A stretch of DNA of 64,000 nucleotides from a candidate division WOR-3 bacterium. GTDB taxonomy: Bacteria; Hydrothermota; Tepidihabitantia; Tepidihabitantales; Tepidihabitantaceae. The DNA lies in NCBI GenBank assembly GCA_026418295.1, contig JAOABP010000002.1:162367-226366 (forward strand), given 5' to 3'. A program made the position numbers and the translations under genes. The notes under the pieces were generated by a model. That model was not told the DNA's origin. It ran no database searches and saw only the letters and a program-made list of their open reading frames with translations. Of this stretch, positions 58,940 to 64,000 are shown in pieces; the first letter of the stretch is position 1, and each line of letters starts with the position of its first letter.

Positions 58940-59488
58940 ATGACTCAGGAGAATATTTTCCACCATACAACTATTATCGGAGTACGCCGTGATGGCAGAG
59001 TGGCAATGGCGTCGGACGGTCAGGTTACATTTGGTGAAACCATTCTCAAACATTCAGCCCGCAAGATCAGAAAACTTCACAACGGAAAAGTTCTTGTTGG
59101 ATTTGCCGGGGCAACGGCTGATGCCTTTACCCTTTTTGAGCGGTTTGAAGCAAAGCTTGAGGAACATGCCGGTAATTTATCCCGAGCGGTCGTCGAGCTG
59201 GCAAAGGACTGGCGGACAGACCGGGTTTTGCGCCGGCTTGAAGCGCTGCTGGGCATTATGGACAGAGAACATTCTTTTATCGTCTCCGGTTCCGGGGATG
59301 TGATTGAACCGGATGACGGGATTATTGCGATCGGTTCGGGGGGGACGTATGCTCTGATTGCTGCCCGCTTGCTGTTGAAGTATACATCGCTTTCCAGCGA
59401 GGAAATTGTCCGGGAGGCGATTCAGCAGGCGGCTGCGGTCTGTGTTTATACGAATAATGAAATCTACATTGAAACCATTAAAAGTTGA
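58940..59488 (+). CDS. hslV: ATP-dependent protease peptidase subunit HslV
   Basis: TTIIGV (catalytic Thr after a short propeptide), [26 protein letters not shown]. Confidence 0.95.
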   Translation: MTQENIFHHTTIIGVRRDGRVAMASDGQVTFGETILKHSARKIRKLHNGKVLVGFAGATADAFTLFERFEAKLEEHAGNLSRAVVELAKDWRTDRVLRRLEALLGIMDREHSFIVSGSGDVIEPDDGIIAIGSGGTYALIAARLLLKYTSLSSEEIVREAIQQAAAVCVYTNNEIYIETIKS

Positions 59489-60197
59489 TGATGTCAGTCA
59501 TTGAGTAAAATCCGGCGGGTTGCTTGATGATCCACCTGATGGCTGCTAAGACGCCAGCAGCAAATGTGGAGCGACTTTCTGCTTTATGAATCAGCTCTAA
59601 ACGTTCACCGGCACCGCCAAAAATGATTTGATGTTCGCCTATCACGTCCCCGGTCCTTATTGAAACCACCGGAATTTCTGTTCTGCCCGTTACCACCTGC
59701 AATTCCTCGGTAAGCTGCCGGGCAGTTCCTGACGGGGCATCCTTCTTTTTCTTGTGGTGAATTTCAATCAGGTGAATATCGTATTCATCGCCCAACAGTT
59801 GAGCTGCTTGCATGGCAATCCTGGAAAGAACTGCAATCCCCCGAGCAAAATTAGGTGCCCAGACAACTGGAATTTTCCTCCCGGCATCGCGGATTGTTCT
59901 TAACTGCTCGGCGCTGAAACCGGTGACGCCGGTGATAAAGGATGTTCCGCCTTCGGCACAAAGATTAACATTTTTAACCACAGTGACAGGGTTTGAAAAG
60001 TCGACAACAACATCGACGCTGGTCAAGCAGGCAGAAAGTTCGGTAACAATTGTACCGGAACCGAGGGGTGCGCCGATCTGGGGATGTCCCGGCGCTTCAA
60101 CGCCGCCCACCACCTCAATATCAGACTGTTGTGACAGTAACCGCTTTATTTCACATCCCATCCGTCCGGCGCAGCCCACAATGACTACTCTAATCAT
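59478..60197 (-). CDS. dapB: 4-hydroxy-tetrahydrodipicolinate reductase
   Basis: [32 protein letters not shown]. Confidence 0.93.
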   Translation of the reverse strand: MIRVVIVGCAGRMGCEIKRLLSQQSDIEVVGGVEAPGHPQIGAPLGSGTIVTELSACLTSVDVVVDFSNPVTVVKNVNLCAEGGTSFITGVTGFSAEQLRTIRDAGRKIPVVWAPNFARGIAVLSRIAMQAAQLLGDEYDIHLIEIHHKKKKDAPSGTARQLTEELQVVTGRTEIPVVSIRTGDVIGEHQIIFGGAGERLELIHKAESRSTFAAGVLAAIRWIIKQPAGFYSMTDIINF

Positions 60198-61077
60198 GTC
60201 TGATGTTCAATCCGTAGTTCTGCAAAGCCCGTCGGAGCAACTCTTTTGAACCGGAGCTTAAAGGACTTAATGGAAGTCTCGGGTACCCGGCAGGCATCCC
60301 GAGCATATTCATCGCAGCTTTTACCGGAATGGGATTGGTTTCAATAAAAAGTGCCTTAATCAAAGGAAATAATTTCAGATGGCGTCTCCGGGCCGACTCC
60401 GTATTCCCACCGAGATAATCATCAACCAGCGCCTGGACATCATTCGGGACGATATTGGAGACAACCGAGATCACACCGCGACCGCCGAGCGATAAAATCG
60501 GAAGAGTGAGAGAATCGTCGCCGGAAAGCACGGTTATCCGATCTCCGCAGCGAATAAGAATATCGCTAACCTGGTCAAGATTTCCTGATGCCTCTTTTAC
60601 TGCTACTATATTGGGACAGTCATTTGCCAGCCGTTCGATTGTTGCCGGCTGAATATTGACAACGCTGCGCGGTGGAATGTTGTAGATAATCAATGGCAAA
60701 CGGGTTGCTTCAGCACAGGCACGAAAATGCTGATAAAGACCTTCCTGAGTCGGTTTGTTATAATAAGGCGCAACCACCAGGACAGCATCAACCCCCAGTT
60801 CTTCCGCCCTCCGGATTTGGCGAACTGACTTCCAAGTTGAATTCGTTCCCGCACCGGCGATTACCGGAATTTTGCCCTTAGCTTCGGCAACAGCTGTCTG
60901 AATCACCAGTTCCCATTCCGTTTCATTCAGGCTGGACGATTCACCGGTAGAACCGCAGACTAAAATTCCCTTTACACCGGTTTGCAATTGAAATCGAATA
61001 TTCTCCCGCAGTCCATCAAGATTCAGCGCTTCTTCCTTGAAGGGAGTAATTAATGCAGTAATGCAACCTGTAAACAT
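60190..61077 (-). CDS. dapA: 4-hydroxy-tetrahydrodipicolinate synthase
   Basis: GSTGE, PYYNKPTQEG, YNIP.R, VKEASG, ETNPIPVK. Confidence 0.93.
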   Translation of the reverse strand: MFTGCITALITPFKEEALNLDGLRENIRFQLQTGVKGILVCGSTGESSSLNETEWELVIQTAVAEAKGKIPVIAGAGTNSTWKSVRQIRRAEELGVDAVLVVAPYYNKPTQEGLYQHFRACAEATRLPLIIYNIPPRSVVNIQPATIERLANDCPNIVAVKEASGNLDQVSDILIRCGDRITVLSGDDSLTLPILSLGGRGVISVVSNIVPNDVQALVDDYLGGNTESARRRHLKLFPLIKALFIETNPIPVKAAMNMLGMPAGYPRLPLSPLSSGSKELLRRALQNYGLNIRHD

Positions 61078-61095
61078 AATGCCTCCCTTATGTTT

Positions 61096-62967
61096 TTAAA
61101 GCGGTGGCACAACAGTTTGTTTCTTATCGTCTCCCCCAAGCCCGAGAATCTGATCTACATCGCTGCCGCTTAATGCCTCCTTTTCCAGCAAGGCCTTTGC
61201 CAGAAGATCCAGTTTGTCCCGATTTTCCTGAATAAGCTGCAAAGCCCGGGCTGCTTGTGTATCAACAATGCGCTTGATTTCAGAGTCAATCAGTCGGGCG
61301 GTTTCCTCAGAAAAGGTTCGATGCAAACCCAGTTCCCGCCCGAGGAAAATTTCTTCATTACCCTTGCCGAATGTTAACGGCCCCACTTTTTCACTCATCC
61401 CCCACTCGGTTACCATTCTTCTTGCCAGCATGGTTGCCCGGTCAATGTCGTCCCGGGAACCGGTTGAGATATCATTGAAGACAATCTGTTCAGCAGCTCT
61501 CCCCCCCAGCATAACGGTTAACTGATTCAGGCAGTATTCGCGGGAATATATGCGTTTGTCATCTATCGGTAATTGCTGGGTAACACCTAATGCCCTGCCT
61601 CTGGGAATTATCGTTACTTTGTGAATCGGGTCCGTACCCGGTGTAAGTCGGGAAACCAGTGCATGTCCGGCTTCGTGATAGGCAATCCAGCGCTTCTCCT
61701 CTTCACTTATCAGCAAACTTCGCCGTTCCACGCCCATCAAGACCTTATCTTTTGCATCCTCAAAATCCTGCATGGTAACAGCGTTTCTTCCACGACGCGC
61801 CGCCAGCAGTGCGGCTTCGTTGACCATATTCGCCAAATCAGCGCCCGAAAAACCCGGAGTGCTTCGTGCCAGAATTGATACATCCACATCCTGCCCGACT
61901 GCGATCTTGCGGATATGAACCTTAAGGATACCCTCCCTTCCCAGAACATCAGGAAGGTCCACAACGATCTGCCGGTCGAATCTGCCCGGTCTTAATAAAG
62001 CCGGATCGAGTATGTCCGGACGATTGGTCGCAGCCATGATAATGACGCCATCGGTTGTTTCAAATCCATCCATTTCAACAAGGAGTTGATTCAGCGTCTG
62101 TTCACGTTCGTCATGTCCCCCTCCGAGTCCGGCACCGCGCTGTCTGCCCACTGCGTCAATTTCATCGATGAATATAATGCATGGAGCATTACGCTTCGCC
62201 TGCTCAAAAAGATCACGGACGCGGGCAGCCCCGACGCCGACAAACATCTCCACAAAATCAGATCCGGAAATAGATAGAAAAGGGACGCCCGCCTCTCCCG
62301 CTACTGCCTTTGCCAGAAGGGTTTTACCGGTACCGGTGGGTCCAACCAGAAGCACACCCTTGGGAATTCTTCCTCCGAGGCGCTGAAATTTCTGAGGAGA
62401 TTTCAAAAAGGCAATAATTTCCCGCAACTCCTCCTTGGCTTCCTCTACTCCGGCAACATCATTAAAGGTAACCTTCGGCCGATCAGAGGTTAATATCCGG
62501 GCGCGGGATCGGCCGAAGGTGAAAGCGCGATCCTGGCCCGAAGTCATCCGGCGCATAAACATGAGCCAGAGACCGATTACCAGGACCCAGGGAAGAAATG
62601 ATATCAGAATCGTTGGCCACTGCGAACGCTCCCGAACATCAACATAAACATCATTTTTCAGCAGTCGGGGGACAAGTTCCTGATCATTGGGTGGAGTGGT
62701 AGTACGGAACTGGGTCAAGGTCATTTTGCCCTGATCCAGGAGAATCTCAGTCGGGGCACGCAATGTCCCGATAATTTCCCGGTCGGTAATCGTAATCTTC
62801 AACACATTACCGGCATCTACCTGTTTTATGAACTCGGTATAGCTGATTCGAGGTGCGGTGCGTCGATATTGAGAGAAAAAAGTCCACGCCATCCAGGCTG
62901 ACAGAAGTACGAGAACCCAGATTACCAGCGAACCGAGTGCCCGCCCAGCGTTCGTTTTAATCGCCAT
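61096..62967 (-). CDS. ftsH: ATP-dependent zinc metalloprotease FtsH
   Basis: Two TMs, [15 protein letters not shown] motif [19 protein letters not shown]. Confidence 0.96.
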   Translation of the reverse strand: MAIKTNAGRALGSLVIWVLVLLSAWMAWTFFSQYRRTAPRISYTEFIKQVDAGNVLKITITDREIIGTLRAPTEILLDQGKMTLTQFRTTTPPNDQELVPRLLKNDVYVDVRERSQWPTILISFLPWVLVIGLWLMFMRRMTSGQDRAFTFGRSRARILTSDRPKVTFNDVAGVEEAKEELREIIAFLKSPQKFQRLGGRIPKGVLLVGPTGTGKTLLAKAVAGEAGVPFLSISGSDFVEMFVGVGAARVRDLFEQAKRNAPCIIFIDEIDAVGRQRGAGLGGGHDEREQTLNQLLVEMDGFETTDGVIIMAATNRPDILDPALLRPGRFDRQIVVDLPDVLGREGILKVHIRKIAVGQDVDVSILARSTPGFSGADLANMVNEAALLAARRGRNAVTMQDFEDAKDKVLMGVERRSLLISEEEKRWIAYHEAGHALVSRLTPGTDPIHKVTIIPRGRALGVTQQLPIDDKRIYSREYCLNQLTVMLGGRAAEQIVFNDISTGSRDDIDRATMLARRMVTEWGMSEKVGPLTFGKGNEEIFLGRELGLHRTFSEETARLIDSEIKRIVDTQAARALQLIQENRDKLDLLAKALLEKEALSGSDVDQILGLGGDDKKQTVVPPL

Positions 62968-63943
62968 TAACCGATTTCGAAACTTTTCTGGTTATCTCTG
63001 CTCCTTCATCGCGGATGCGCACTACCACGCCTGCCTGAATATAATGACTTCCAGGGCACTTTCTTGTGATTAAATCCACTATCCGCTCCACATGATCAGA
63101 ACTGATCTCCGGCGCGATTAACTTGATGATCCTTCTTTTCAGAACCAAATTATAACTGTTGAACCGCTTGATGTCAATTAACACTCTTTTGCTGTTAAAT
63201 TTTCCAATACGGCTGAGCGCTTTCTGTGCCAGAGTCTCGAGAAAACAGTCTTCACTCCGCAGCAACTCTCCGGTACGCAGTACATTTTCCCTGACTGCAG
63301 GATTGATTTTTTCCATTATTGGGATAATCTGCAGTCGGATCAGATTACGGGTGTACCTGACATCTGTGTTGGTTTCATCCTCTACCCATTTGAGAGATTT
63401 GGCTTCAAGATAGCTCCTTATTTCCTTACGAGTAATCTTAATAAGTGGACGGATGAAAATATCCCGGTGGACCGGAATGCCGCAGAGTCCGCGCAATCCG
63501 GCCCCGCGCACCAGATTGTGAATTACCGTTTCCAGATTATCATCGGCAGTATGTCCCAGTGCCACCCTATCGCAGGCAAGCTTTTTGGCTGTCCGCTGGT
63601 AATGCAGGTAGCGGAGATGCCTTGCTGCAGTTTCCAGACTCATTCTGTGCTTTCGAGCGAAGGTTGGTGTATCAACTTTCACCACAACGAGCCGAATATC
63701 CCACTGCTGGGTAAGATTGCGCACAAACATCTCATCCTGATCGGCATTGCCCCGGATTCCGTGGTTGATATGAATACCCGACACCTGCAGTTTATACTTT
63801 GGGGCAATCATTCTCAGTAAATCCAGCAGGCATACCGAATCCGCACCTCCGGAAATACCCGCAAGCACATGACCGCCCTTTTTTAATAACTGGTATTGTT
63901 CGATGGTATCAATAAACCGGTGGAGCACCGACAGTTTATCCAT
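62957..63943 (-). CDS. tilS: tRNA(Ile)-lysidine synthetase (short form)
   Basis: SGGADS, E.AAR..RY, GHTADD, RPL, D.TN...YTRN; upstream of ftsH. Confidence 0.92.
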   Translation of the reverse strand: MDKLSVLHRFIDTIEQYQLLKKGGHVLAGISGGADSVCLLDLLRMIAPKYKLQVSGIHINHGIRGNADQDEMFVRNLTQQWDIRLVVVKVDTPTFARKHRMSLETAARHLRYLHYQRTAKKLACDRVALGHTADDNLETVIHNLVRGAGLRGLCGIPVHRDIFIRPLIKITRKEIRSYLEAKSLKWVEDETNTDVRYTRNLIRLQIIPIMEKINPAVRENVLRTGELLRSEDCFLETLAQKALSRIGKFNSKRVLIDIKRFNSYNLVLKRRIIKLIAPEISSDHVERIVDLITRKCPGSHYIQAGVVVRIRDEGAEITRKVSKSVNGD

Positions 63944-63948
63944 ACCAA

Positions 63949-63976
63949 ATTTTACTGCCGCCCGGGATTAATTCAA
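63949..63976 (-). promoter_or_regulatory. Sigma70-type promoter for tilS-ftsH-dapAB (TTGAAT-16-TAAAAT)
   Basis: Read directly from sequence; 5 nt upstream of ATG. Confidence 0.5.
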
Positions 63977-64000
63977 TGCCCGGTTGAACTGGTCCGAATA

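Noticed and set aside
1..64000. Numerous 60-145 aa alternative-frame ORFs, and possible stop-codon recoding
   Set aside because: They lie within or antisense to well-supported genes and show no motifs; recognised genes are full length under the standard code, with no in-frame TGA/TAG needing readthrough.

Overview
Gene-dense chromosomal segment of a diderm bacterium. LptE/F/G, LapA/B, a TonB-dependent receptor, PorV and several T9SS-type C-terminal sorting domains point to an FCB-related lineage; the overall style suggests candidate division WOR-3, which is inference only. Most of the window is housekeeping: mreBCD-mrdA-rodA-rlmN, purM, nadB-xerD, tadA, holB, ftsEX-envC, ugd/uxs, mutS, miaB, polX, rlmD, thi4, hslV, dapAB, ftsH and tilS. 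It also carries two tRNA genes, Ser(CGA) and Arg(ACG), and a clear dif site at 54094-54121, so this is probably the terminus region. No CRISPR array, rRNA or IS element was seen. The most unusual locus is a translationally coupled three-gene unit at 5536-10015. It encodes a secreted repeat protein, a DegV(FakB)-DAK2(FakA) fusion in reversed domain order with a PAS-like tail, and a PlsY homologue lacking canonical catalytic motifs; it lies directly downstream of a TonB receptor/T9SS cargo/PorV module. Other notable items are pervasive leaderless-type promoters with 16-bp spacers, a tRNA-Arg(ACG)-tadA-tRNA-Ser-protease mixed operon, and a split AASS-like LKR/SDH gene pair. All calls come from reading motifs by eye; no database searches were run.
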